Origin: Alphaproteobacteria bacterium
Lineage (GTDB): Bacteria > Pseudomonadota > Alphaproteobacteria > Bin95
NCBI GenBank assembly: GCA_963665325.3
Contig: CAXXWS020000004.1
Location: 256,001 to 320,000, forward strand
Direction of reading: 5' to 3'
DNA length: 64,000 nucleotides
Every line of letters begins with the position of its first letter. Position 1 is the first letter of the stretch. The position numbers were made by a program, and so were the translations under genes. This document shows, piece after piece, positions 8,274-19,589 of the stretch. The notes under the pieces were generated by a model. That model was not told the DNA's origin and did no database searches. It saw only the letters and a program-made list of their open reading frames with translations.

Positions 8274-8334
8274 GGCGCGTTGTTCCTCCCCTTCGCGCCA
8301 GGCCGCTCCTGCAATGCGGGGGCGGCCTTTTCTT
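8274..8334 (+). terminator. 3'UTR anti-SD hairpin plus intrinsic terminator
   Basis: ggcgcg-[ttgttcctcccctt]-cgcgcc, then ggccgctcctgc-aat-gcgggggcggcc-ttttctt. Confidence 0.7.
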
Positions 8335-8422
8335 GTCCGGCCCCGGTGCTTCCCCGCTGCGCCGCGCCCGCGCATGCCGGCGACAAGACGCGTCCGTCCC
8401 CATCGGCTATGGTCGCCACGCC

Positions 8423-9760
8423 ATGACGAACGATGTCCTGAATTTCCTGGGCGACCTCGTGCGCGAAGCGCGCGCGCAGGGAGCCGACGAAGCCGATGCC
8501 GTCGATATCGACAGCCGCTCGCTCGAAGCGGCGGTGCGGTTCGGCAAGATCGAACATATGGAGCGCTCCGAACTCCGCAAGACCGGCCTGCGGGTTCTGG
8601 TGGGGCGGCGCCAGGCAGTGGTCGCAACTGCCGACCGGCAGCGGGAAACGGCGACTGCACTGGTCGAGCGGGCGGTCGCCATGGCGCGCGCCGCGCCGGA
8701 AGATCCCCATGCCGGACTGGCGGACCCGGCGCTTCTGGCGTCGGACTGGCCCGACCTGGACCTCTATGACGCAGACGTACCGGCTTCGGAGGACTTTGTC
8801 CGGAAGGCCGCGGAAGCCGAGGCAGCGGCACTCGATGTGCCGGGCGTCACCAATTCGGAAGGCGCCGGCGCGGGCCGCACCGAAACCCATGTCGCGCTCG
8901 TATCGAGCAACGGGTTCGCCGGCGGCTACAGGAGGTCCGGATGCGGGCTGTCCGTATCGGTCCTGGCCGGCGAGGGCACCGCGATGGAGAGCGAATACGA
9001 CTGGTCCCAGGCCGTCCACGCTTCCGATCTCGCGGAGCCTGCGGCCCTGGGCCGGAGCGCAGGAGAGCGCGCGGTGCGCCGGCTCGGTCCCGTCAAGCCG
9101 GAGACGGCGGTCATGCCGGTGGTCTTCGAGCAGCGCCTCGCGGGAAGGCTCGTCGGCGCACTCGCCGGAGCCATCAACGGCGCTGCCGTCGCGCGCGGCA
9201 CCAGCTTTCTCAAGGACGCGATGGGGGAGGCGGTGCTGAAGGAAGGCATGATGCTGATCGACGATCCCGGCCGCCGGCGCGGTCCCGGATCGCATCCGTT
9301 CGACGCCGAAGGGCTGTCCTGCGCACGCCGCGCCCTGGTCGAAAACGGTGTGCTCCGCTCCTGGCTGCTGGACTTGCGCTCCGCCCGGCAGCTGGGCCTG
9401 CCGCCGACGGGCAATGCCGCACGCAGCGCCGGCTCGGCGCCCGGCCCTGCATCCTCCAATCTCTATCTGGAGCCGGGGCGCGTTCCCCCGGAAGAGCTGA
9501 TCGGCGAGATCGAGTCCGGCCTGTTCGTTACGTCGGTCATGGGACCCGGCGTCGATCTGGTCGCCGGGCGTTACAGCCAGGGCGCGGCGGGCTTCGCGAT
9601 TCGCGGCGGCAAGATCGCTGAACCGGCCAACGAAATCACGATAGCGGGGGACTTGCGCGATATGCTGCTCGGCATCGACGCCGCCGACGACCTGGTAATC
9701 CGGGGCAGCGTCAACGCGCCGACCCTGCGGATCGATGCCATGACAGTGGGAGGACGCTGA
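8423..9760 (+). CDS. pmbA: TldD/PmbA family protein (PmbA/TldE)
   Basis: VARGTSFL, HPFDAEG, TGNAAR, PANEITIAG, NAPTLRID motifs. Confidence 0.88.
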   Translation: MTNDVLNFLGDLVREARAQGADEADAVDIDSRSLEAAVRFGKIEHMERSELRKTGLRVLVGRRQAVVATADRQRETATALVERAVAMARAAPEDPHAGLADPALLASDWPDLDLYDADVPASEDFVRKAAEAEAAALDVPGVTNSEGAGAGRTETHVALVSSNGFAGGYRRSGCGLSVSVLAGEGTAMESEYDWSQAVHASDLAEPAALGRSAGERAVRRLGPVKPETAVMPVVFEQRLAGRLVGALAGAINGAAVARGTSFLKDAMGEAVLKEGMMLIDDPGRRRGPGSHPFDAEGLSCARRALVENGVLRSWLLDLRSARQLGLPPTGNAARSAGSAPGPASSNLYLEPGRVPPEELIGEIESGLFVTSVMGPGVDLVAGRYSQGAAGFAIRGGKIAEPANEITIAGDLRDMLLGIDAADDLVIRGSVNAPTLRIDAMTVGGR

Positions 9761-9782
9761 ACTGCGGTCCGGGTTGCGTCCG

Positions 9783-10205
9783 TCAGCTGTCCAGCCGGGG
9801 CGCCCAGGGGATGCGACCGAATTCTATGCCTTCTTCGGCAAGCGCCTCGGCTTCCCGGGGCGTCGTCTCGCCGTAGATCGCATGGCTGTCCGTCTCGCCG
9901 TAATGGATGCGGCGCGCCTCCTCGGCAAAGCGCGGACCGACATAGTCGCAGTTTTGCTCGACCTTGCGGCGCAGTTCGCGGAGTTCCCGCACAATGGCAG
10001 CCCGGCGCTCCGACGACGCGCCGGACGAGCCTTCCGCCCCCTTGGGCGCGACATTGGGCGTCATCAGGCTCTTGCGCGCCGACGTGTCGCTGCAATGCGG
10101 GCACATCACCTTGCCTTCCGCGATCTGCGCGTCGCAGGCGGCGCTGTCGCGGAACCAAGCCTCGAACTCATGCTCGTTCGTGCAGATGAGCCGGTAAACG
10201 ATCAT
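9783..10205 (-). CDS. DUF1178 family protein
   Basis: MIVYRLICTNEHEFEAWFRDS..CPHC..YVGPRFAEEARRIHYGE. Confidence 0.88.
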   Translation of the reverse strand: MIVYRLICTNEHEFEAWFRDSAACDAQIAEGKVMCPHCSDTSARKSLMTPNVAPKGAEGSSGASSERRAAIVRELRELRRKVEQNCDYVGPRFAEEARRIHYGETDSHAIYGETTPREAEALAEEGIEFGRIPWAPRLDS

Positions 10206-10234
10206 GCTCCACATATAATGTCATAGTCGGTTCG

Positions 10235-10759
10235 ATGCCAGTATCCGCTTGGATCGCGCGCTTCGCCGACCTCGTACCGCCCGCCGCGCCCGTGCTCGAC
10301 CTGGCCGCAGGCGGGGGCCGGCATACCCGGTTCTTCGCAGCCCGAGGCCATCCCGTGCTCTCTGTTGACAGGGATGTCTCCCGCCTGCCGGACGGACTTG
10401 CCTGGGACCTCGAAGACGGCAGCCCGTGGCCGTTCGCAGACCGGCGTTTCGGGGCGGTCGTGGTCGTCAACTACCTCCACCGCCCCACGCTCCCCGCCAC
10501 GGTTTCCCTGGTCGCGCCAGGCGGGCTCCTGCTCTATGAAACATTCGCCGAGGGTCAGGAAGCTTTCGGCCGGCCCCGCAATCCGGATTTCCTTCTGCGG
10601 CCGGGCGAACTTCTCCGGGCGGTGCAGGGCCGTTTCGTGGTGCTGGCCTATGAGCACGGGCAAGTGGAAGGGCCCAGAATGGTTCAGCGCATTGCCGCAA
10701 TCGACCCTGGCCCCGCCGGCCGGCCGGATGTCTCCGTTTCCATTTCGACATCGCGGTAA
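10235..10759 (+). CDS. Class I SAM-dependent methyltransferase
   Basis: VLDLAAGGGRH, VVVNYLHRP, GGLLLYETFAEG..GRPRNPDFLLRPGEL. Confidence 0.82.
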   Translation: MPVSAWIARFADLVPPAAPVLDLAAGGGRHTRFFAARGHPVLSVDRDVSRLPDGLAWDLEDGSPWPFADRRFGAVVVVNYLHRPTLPATVSLVAPGGLLLYETFAEGQEAFGRPRNPDFLLRPGELLRAVQGRFVVLAYEHGQVEGPRMVQRIAAIDPGPAGRPDVSVSISTSR

Positions 10760-11859
10760 ACCTTGGCGGAAAGCACCAGGCCGAAGCCGATCTGGAGCGT
10801 CAGCATCGCCGTGCCGCCGTAGGATATGAACGGCAGCGGCACGCCGACCACCGGGATCAGGCCGGCGACCATGGCGATATTGGCGAAGACGAACAGGAAG
10901 AAGGTGAAGGTGACGCCGAAGGCCAGAAGCCGGGCAAAATCGTTCCGCGCCATGAAGCCGATTGCGAAACCGTAGCCCATGATGGCCAGATAGAGCGCGA
11001 GGACGAAGAGGCCGCCGGCAAGCCCGAACTCCTCTGAAACGACCGTGAAAATGAAGTCCGTATGGCTTTCCGGCAGGAAGCCAAGATGGCTCTGCGTTCC
11101 CTCGAGATAGCCTTTCCCGAACTCTCCGCCCGAACCGATGCCAACTTTCGACTGGTAGCCGTGGTAGCCGGCGCCGGCAAGGTCGCGTTCGGAATCGAGG
11201 AAGGTGAGCACCCGGTCGCGCTGATAGTCCTTCAACCTGTACCAGACCGCCGGTATGAGCGCCCCCGCGCCGACGCCGAAGATCGCAAACACCCGCCAGG
11301 AAACGCCACCCAGGAAGAGGAGGGCCACGCCGCCTGCCGCAATCATCGCCGCTGTACCCAGATCCGGCTGCCGCGCGACCAGCAGAGCGGGCGCGGCGGT
11401 CAGCGCCAACGCAAGCAGCAACATGGGCCAGCGATTGGCCTCTCTTTCGTCCCGGACATGGAAGTGGCGGGCGAGCGCCAACACCAGCGAAATCTTCATG
11501 ATTTCGGACGGCTGTATCGACAACGGACCGAGCTTCAGCCAGCGTTGGGCACCCATGCCGACATCGCCGACGAACTCGACTCCGATGACGAGCAGGAGCG
11601 ACGCGGCATAGATCGGATAGGCGCAGCGCAGCCAGAACCGGATGTCGATCAGCGCGACGGCCAGCATGACCGCAAGGCCGACCGCAAATCGCAATGCGTG
11701 CGGACCCGCCCAGGGTTGGATATCGCCGCCGGCGGCCGAATAGAGCATCGCGAAGCCGACAGAGGTAGTGAGGGTCAGAAGGATGACTAGCACCCAATCG
11801 ACCCGGAGCAGCAATCCACCGATTCCCAAGCCCGGCCGGCGGACTTCCCAAGCCTTCAT
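10684..11859 (-). CDS. rodA: Rod shape-determining protein RodA
   Basis: GAQRW, IQPSEIMK, QPDLGT, FLPESHTDFIF, GVPLPFISYGG. Confidence 0.95.
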   Translation of the reverse strand: MKAWEVRRPGLGIGGLLLRVDWVLVILLTLTTSVGFAMLYSAAGGDIQPWAGPHALRFAVGLAVMLAVALIDIRFWLRCAYPIYAASLLLVIGVEFVGDVGMGAQRWLKLGPLSIQPSEIMKISLVLALARHFHVRDEREANRWPMLLLALALTAAPALLVARQPDLGTAAMIAAGGVALLFLGGVSWRVFAIFGVGAGALIPAVWYRLKDYQRDRVLTFLDSERDLAGAGYHGYQSKVGIGSGGEFGKGYLEGTQSHLGFLPESHTDFIFTVVSEEFGLAGGLFVLALYLAIMGYGFAIGFMARNDFARLLAFGVTFTFFLFVFANIAMVAGLIPVVGVPLPFISYGGTAMLTLQIGFGLVLSAKVYRDVEMETETSGRPAGPGSIAAMR

Positions 11860-13667
11860 GATGCGACGGTCCCGGACTTCTGGGCGGCCAGCAGCAGGTC
11901 TCGCGCAAGCGGCGCAGCGGCCTTGGACCCGCTGCCTCCGTGCTCCACGACAACTGCGGCGGCATAGCGCGGCCGCTTTACAGGCGCATAGCCGACAAAC
12001 AGCGCGTGGTCGCGTTCCTTGCGCGGAAGGTCCTCGTTCTTGCGCACGCCGAGCCGCCGCTCCAGCGTGGATATGCGCCGCACCTGCGAAGTTCCGGTCT
12101 TGCCCGCCATCTCGAACCCGTCCTCCTGGATTCGAGCAGCCCAGCCCGTGCCCCGCCGCGAACCCGTAACGGCGGCCAGCCCGGCGCGCACTGCCTGAAG
12201 ATGCCGTTTGTCGATGCCGAGTTCAGGGACGGTCTCACGGGCGAGCAGCCTGGGCAGGACCGCATGCCTGCCATTGGCAAGCCGCGCGGTCATCGTCGCC
12301 AGTTGCAGCGGCGTTGCGAGCACATAGCCCTGGCCGATACCGGCGATCAGTGTCTCTCCGGCCTGCCAGGATTCGTTGCGCACGTCCTGCTTCCACGCCT
12401 TGGTGGGGATGAGCCCGCCACGCTCGCCCGGAATCTCGACACCGGTCGGCTCGCCGAACCCGAGCTTCCTCGCCATTGCCGCGATCCGGTCGATGCCGGT
12501 GCGCTGGGCTATCTCGTAGAAATAGACATCGCAGGACTGCTGAAGCGCTTGGAAGAGATCCATATGTCCATGTCCACCGCGGCGCCAGCAGTGAAATTTT
12601 CCGGTGCCCAGTTCGTGGACGCCGTTACAGAAGAAACGATGTTCCTTTGAAACGACCTTCGCTTCCAGCGCAGCCAGGGCGACCGCGACCTTGAAGGTGG
12701 ACCCGGGCGCATACTGGCCCGATACGACGCGGTTGCTGAGCGGGTGCAGAGGGTGAGAGGCGAGGGCTTGCCACTCGCTCCTGTCTGCGATGCCGTCGTG
12801 AAACGCGCCGGGATCGAAGCTGGGCGACGACGCCATGGCGAGCAGGCCGCCGCTTTCCACGTCGATCAGCACGGCGGCGCCGGTCGCCGGGCCGAACAGT
12901 CCGGCCGCGAATGTCTGGAGGCCGGCGTCGAGCGTGAGGCGAAGCGTTTCTCCGGAAAGACCTTCCCGCCTGCCCAGCTCCCGGCGCTGACGGCCCGTGG
13001 AGGTAATCTCGACCAGGCGCGTGCCGGCAGCTCCTCGCAAGGCTTCGTCCTGGGTACGTTCGACGCCCGTCTTTCCGATACGGAAATCGGGCATGCGAAG
13101 GAGAGAGTCGGCATCGGACCGGTCGAGATCCTTTCTCGAAACCCGACCGACATAGCCGATGGTATGGGCCGCCGCCGCTCCCAGCGGATAGATCCGGCGT
13201 AGCGCTGCGTTGGTGAAAATGCCCTCATGCTCGGCTATTGCCAGCGAGAGCCGGGCCATCTCCTCCCACGAGATGTCGTCCAGCACGACCACCGGCTCGA
13301 ACCCCGGCTGCTTTCGCACCGTTCTCCGGACCCGTTCGCGCGCCGCCGGGCCGAGCGCTGCAACGCGGGCGATTTCGTCCAGCGCAGCGTCGATCGGGCC
13401 CGATTTCTCCGGAACCAGAAGCAGGCGGTATGTCTCCCGGTTGTGGGCCAACGGCCTGCCGCGGCGGTCGAGAATTTCGCCGCGCTGGGGAGCGAGCAGA
13501 CGCTCCGCAGTGCGGTTGTCTTCAGCCCGGCTCGCATAGCGTTCGCCTTCGAACACCTGCAATTGCACCAACCGGCCTCCCAATAGGCCGACCAGACCGA
13601 CCTGGACGCCCCCCAGAAGCAAAGCGCGACGGCGGATCGACTGGGCCCGGTTGCGCGCGCCCGCCAT
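11856..13667 (-). CDS. mrdA: Penicillin-binding protein 2
   Basis: PQRGEILDR, PGSTFK (SxxK), SCD, KTGT; lies between mreD and rodA. Confidence 0.95.
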   Translation of the reverse strand: MAGARNRAQSIRRRALLLGGVQVGLVGLLGGRLVQLQVFEGERYASRAEDNRTAERLLAPQRGEILDRRGRPLAHNRETYRLLLVPEKSGPIDAALDEIARVAALGPAARERVRRTVRKQPGFEPVVVLDDISWEEMARLSLAIAEHEGIFTNAALRRIYPLGAAAAHTIGYVGRVSRKDLDRSDADSLLRMPDFRIGKTGVERTQDEALRGAAGTRLVEITSTGRQRRELGRREGLSGETLRLTLDAGLQTFAAGLFGPATGAAVLIDVESGGLLAMASSPSFDPGAFHDGIADRSEWQALASHPLHPLSNRVVSGQYAPGSTFKVAVALAALEAKVVSKEHRFFCNGVHELGTGKFHCWRRGGHGHMDLFQALQQSCDVYFYEIAQRTGIDRIAAMARKLGFGEPTGVEIPGERGGLIPTKAWKQDVRNESWQAGETLIAGIGQGYVLATPLQLATMTARLANGRHAVLPRLLARETVPELGIDKRHLQAVRAGLAAVTGSRRGTGWAARIQEDGFEMAGKTGTSQVRRISTLERRLGVRKNEDLPRKERDHALFVGYAPVKRPRYAAAVVVEHGGSGSKAAAPLARDLLLAAQKSGTVAS

Positions 13668-14164
13668 CAGGCGAACCTCCTCAATGCCGTTGTATCGAGA
13701 ACCGCCAACGCCCCGGCCACGACCGGATAGGTCAATGCGGTCAGCAGGAGCACGGCGGCAGGTGCCCCGACCGGCAGTGCTGCGCCGTAATAGAAGGAGG
13801 CGCCGGCCCATGCGATCGCACTGGCCGCAAGCGCCACGACGGCGAATACGGCCCAGCCGACGGCAAACGGCTGTCCAACCACGAGGAAGCGCTGGCTGCG
13901 CGCCGCCCCGAGCACGAACAGATAGACGAGCGCCATGAGGCCGAACGGTGCGTCGGCGACGCTGTCATGCGTGAGGCCAATGGCGAAGACGAACGGCGCC
14001 GGCACGAGGTCCGGGCGCCTTCCGGCCCAATAGTGAACCGCCGCAACGGCGAGAGCCGGTGCGGCCCGGTCGCCGATCCAGGGCACCAGCGAGATGAGCA
14101 GGAGCACTGCAATGCTTGCGCCCGGCACCGCTGCACGCGCGGCACGGTCCAGATGCGCCAGCAT
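13667..14164 (-). CDS. mreD: Rod shape-determining protein MreD
   Basis: Hydrophobic; HYWAGRRPDL..FAIGLTHD; operon position. Confidence 0.8.
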   Translation of the reverse strand: MLAHLDRAARAAVPGASIAVLLLISLVPWIGDRAAPALAVAAVHYWAGRRPDLVPAPFVFAIGLTHDSVADAPFGLMALVYLFVLGAARSQRFLVVGQPFAVGWAVFAVVALAASAIAWAGASFYYGAALPVGAPAAVLLLTALTYPVVAGALAVLDTTALRRFA

Positions 14165-15031
14165 CTATTCCTCCACCAGCGAAGTAAAGTCGGCCACGCC
14201 CCGATCCACAACCCGGACGAATTCCAGCCGCGTCCAGTCCACATGCGGCACGACTTCGACCCCGCCGCCGGACTTTACCGCAGTGCCGACATCGCCTACG
14301 GGCAGTCCCGGGGGGAACACGCCTCCGCGGCCTGACGTGATGACGACATCCCCGGGCGCCAATGCGGCGTTCCGGGGAAGGAAGCGCAGGTGGGGACGGA
14401 TGCCGTTGTCGCCCACGAGAATGGCGTGGACCCGGTTCGGGCCAGCCAGCACGGGCACATGCGAGCGCCGGTCGGTAATCAGCAGCACACGCGCACTCCG
14501 GACCCCCGCAGACATCACCCGTCCGACCAGCCCCTCGGCCGAGATCACCGCCTGCTCCGGACGAACGCCCTGGCGGCCCCCGGCATCCATCAGCAGGCTG
14601 CGGGCGTAGGGACCGCCAGTGTCGGCGATCACGCGCGCGGCGATCGTGCGGACCTCTTCTCCGGGGTCGAAGCGCAGCAAACGGCGCAATTCGCGATTCT
14701 GGCCGTCGAGCCGCCGCGCGAGCACCTGCCACTGGCGCAGGCGCGCATTCTCCGCCCGGAGCAGGGAATTCTCCTCGGTCAGCGCCGCGACGCGGCCGAG
14801 ATTGCTGCCGATGTCGCGCGCGGCCCGTACGGGCACGGTTACAGCGTGGAGAACGGGGGCCAACAGGTCTCCGACCGCGCCCTTGACCCAGTCGAAAACA
14901 TAGACTTCGGCTTTCCCAATGACGAGCGCGCCCAGGGCAACGGTGACGAGCAGGACGAACATGGCCCGGCGCAGGGTCGCCTGGACTGGCGTTTCGGCCT
15001 TGACCTCCGGTCCCGCGCGGTGCTCCTGCAA
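14165..15031 (-). CDS. mreC: Rod shape-determining protein MreC
   Basis: Coiled coil; ARVIADTGGPYARS, GLVGRV, TSGRGGVFPPGLPVG. Confidence 0.92.
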   Translation of the reverse strand: MQEHRAGPEVKAETPVQATLRRAMFVLLVTVALGALVIGKAEVYVFDWVKGAVGDLLAPVLHAVTVPVRAARDIGSNLGRVAALTEENSLLRAENARLRQWQVLARRLDGQNRELRRLLRFDPGEEVRTIAARVIADTGGPYARSLLMDAGGRQGVRPEQAVISAEGLVGRVMSAGVRSARVLLITDRRSHVPVLAGPNRVHAILVGDNGIRPHLRFLPRNAALAPGDVVITSGRGGVFPPGLPVGDVGTAVKSGGGVEVVPHVDWTRLEFVRVVDRGVADFTSLVEE

Positions 15032-15043
15032 TAGGCAGCTCCC

Positions 15044-17362
<2,319 letters not shown>

Positions 17363-17366
<4 letters not shown>

Positions 17367-17992
17367 CGATCGAGGCCGTGCTGTGGGACTTCGGCGGGGT
17401 GTTGACGGAGAGCCCATTCGACGCCTTCGCCCGCTACGAGCGCGCCAACGGCCTGCCGAAGGGCGCGGTCCGGCGCATCAACAGCCGCAATCCGGACGGC
17501 AATGCCTGGGCGCTGTTCGAGCGCAGCGAGATCGACCGGGACGGGTTCTGCCGGCGCTTCGAGGCCGAGGCGGCGGCGCTCGGCTACCGGCTGGACGCGG
17601 GCGAAATCCTCGACCTCATCCAGGGCCCGGTGCGGCCGGGGATGGTGGCGGCGCTCCGGGCGGTCGCGGCCCGCTACCGGACCGCCTGCCTCACCAACAA
17701 TATGCGCGCGCCCGGCGGGGACAGCCCGCGCGCGCGCCAGATCGCCGAGGCGATGGCGCTGTTCGACACGGTAGTGGAGTCGCGCGAGGCGGGCATGCGC
17801 AAGCCGGAGCCCGCCTTCTACCGCCTCGCCTGCGAGCGGCTGGGCGTGGCGCCGCAGGCCTGCGTCTTCCTCGACGATCTCGGCATCAACCTGAAGCCGG
17901 CCCGCGCCATGGGCATGGTGACGATCAAGGTCGAGACCGAAGCCCAGGCGCTCGCCGAGCTGGAGGCTGCCCTCGCCCATCCGCTGTCCTGA
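17363..17992 (+). CDS. HAD-IA family hydrolase (epoxide-hydrolase N-terminal phosphatase-like)
   Basis: GTG overlaps the upstream stop; WDFGGVL, LTNN, RKPEP, FLDDLGINLKPARAMGM. Confidence 0.87.
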
Positions 17993-18128
17993 CGGGAGGC
18001 GGCCGGCACCGCCCGAGTAATACCAGCGGTGCCGGGTTGAGACTCATCGGTTGGCGCCGCCGCGCCGAACGCGGCGAACATTTCGGATGGCGGCGTTGGC
18101 GCCGCCCCGCTCGGCGTCCCGGCCCTCT

Positions 18129-18230
18129 CCTCATCCTGAGTAGCGCCCGCGCCAGCGGGCGCGTATCGAAGGACCGTCCCGCCGGTGGAAACGCCTCCCT
18201 CGATACGCGGCTGGCGCCGCTACTCGGGAG
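18129..18230. repeat. Intergenic palindromic repeat (REP/REPIN/MITE-like), copy 1
   Basis: cctcatcctgagtagcgcccgcgccagcgggcgcgtatcgaagg...cctcgatacgc...gctactcggga; homologous to the reverse complement of 49161-49269. Confidence 0.8.
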
Positions 18231-18305
18231 AGATACAAGGGGAAAGAGGACCGAGCCGACGGCAGGGGCGCCCTCGCTATCGGTCCCGATCGATCGCCGC
18301 CGGTA

Positions 18306-19148
18306 TTAGCGCCGCGCCAGTTCGCCGAACCATTGCGGGACGTCGCGCGGGTCGCCGTCGGCGGCGCGCACAAGGCCGTCGAAATGCCGCGCCAGGCTGC
18401 GCACGCGGCCGGCCTGGCGGAAAGCGAGCGTCACCGACCCGACATAGATCACACCCAGAAGCGGGCCGAACACGGTTAACGGCGCCGAGAAGATCTGGTG
18501 CGCGTCGTAGATGAAGATGCGCAAGGACGGGTATAGCTGTTCGCAGCTTTCCGCCATGCGCTCCAGCTGCATCTTGCGCGCCCCGGCCCCGAGGCCCGAC
18601 CAGTAGCCTTCGCCGCGGGCAAAACTCTCGATCTCGTGGCGCGGCAGCGCGATTTCGTAGTCGGACATGTTCTGGCGCATCCAGTCCATCCGGTCTTCCA
18701 CCGCCGCGATGGCCTGGCCGGGCGTCTTGCCGACATGGGCGCGGTATTCCCATTCGAGCACCGTGCGGGTCTTCAGCAGCTCGGGCAGGGAAGTCGGCAC
18801 ATGCCGGATCTTGTAGCCTGCGGCTTCCCGGTGCCATTCGAGCAGCCGGTCGTCGGTCGAGGTGCGCGCGGCCGCTTCCATGCGAATCCCGTCCTCCACG
18901 ACATCGCCCGGCCGTTCCATCCGGTCCGTCAACGCGCTCAGCCAGTCCAGGCTGACGCCGAGCGCCGAGGCGCAATTCGCGGCAAGCTGAACATTCGGCA
19001 GTTGCGCGCTGCCTTCGGCCAGAATCTTGCCGATGGTGGAACGCTGGACCCCGGCCGCGCGCGCAAGGTCGCTGCGGTTCATGCCGGCGCCCTCCATGGC
19101 GGCCAGCATCCGTTGACGAAATTGTACAGCGCGGTCCCGTTTGTCCAT
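18306..19148 (-). CDS. XRE-family HTH transcriptional regulator with C-terminal domain
   Basis: MNRSDLARAAGVQRSTIGKIL..CASALGVSLDWL; divergent from the catabolic operon. Confidence 0.8.
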   Translation of the reverse strand: MDKRDRAVQFRQRMLAAMEGAGMNRSDLARAAGVQRSTIGKILAEGSAQLPNVQLAANCASALGVSLDWLSALTDRMERPGDVVEDGIRMEAAARTSTDDRLLEWHREAAGYKIRHVPTSLPELLKTRTVLEWEYRAHVGKTPGQAIAAVEDRMDWMRQNMSDYEIALPRHEIESFARGEGYWSGLGAGARKMQLERMAESCEQLYPSLRIFIYDAHQIFSAPLTVFGPLLGVIYVGSVTLAFRQAGRVRSLARHFDGLVRAADGDPRDVPQWFGELARR

Positions 19149-19265
19149 AATTACAACATAATGGCTTTTATTCTCCAGGTAAGCAGTAAGTGTTTCCTAT
19201 ATCCTTAATTCAACACAACGCCCGAACTCCTACATCGTCCGCAGAAGGCATGGAGGAGAACGGGT

Positions 19266-19484
19266 TTGGAGACGAAGCGGCGCACTCTGGTGAAGGCGGC
19301 GATCTGGCAGTTCATGGGCCTCGCGTCGATGTCGCTGATCGGCCTGATGTTCACCGGCTCGGCCGTGCAGGGCGGCGCAATCGCCGTTACGGGAACGGTT
19401 TCCGGCTTTGTCGTGTATTTCGTTTACGAGCGCGTCTGGTCGCGGGTGCGCTGGGGGCGGCTTCAACAGTTCGACGGCAGATAG
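19266..19484 (+). CDS. DUF2061-like small membrane protein
   Basis: TTG start after GGAGGAG; ETKRRTLVKA..YFVYERVWSRVRWG. Confidence 0.75.
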   Translation: METKRRTLVKAAIWQFMGLASMSLIGLMFTGSAVQGGAIAVTGTVSGFVVYFVYERVWSRVRWGRLQQFDGR

Positions 19485-19589
19485 CGCGGCTTGCAGCAGC
19501 CGGCCAATTGCGATCTCGCCGCGCAACAGGCAGGATCGGGACTTGCGGTCGTCGTCCGCACGGCCGGCAGGCAAAGCAGGGAGGAGGCG

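Noticed and set aside
7061-9295. 744-aa minus-strand ORF
   Set aside because: Antisense to tetR, phasin and pmbA.
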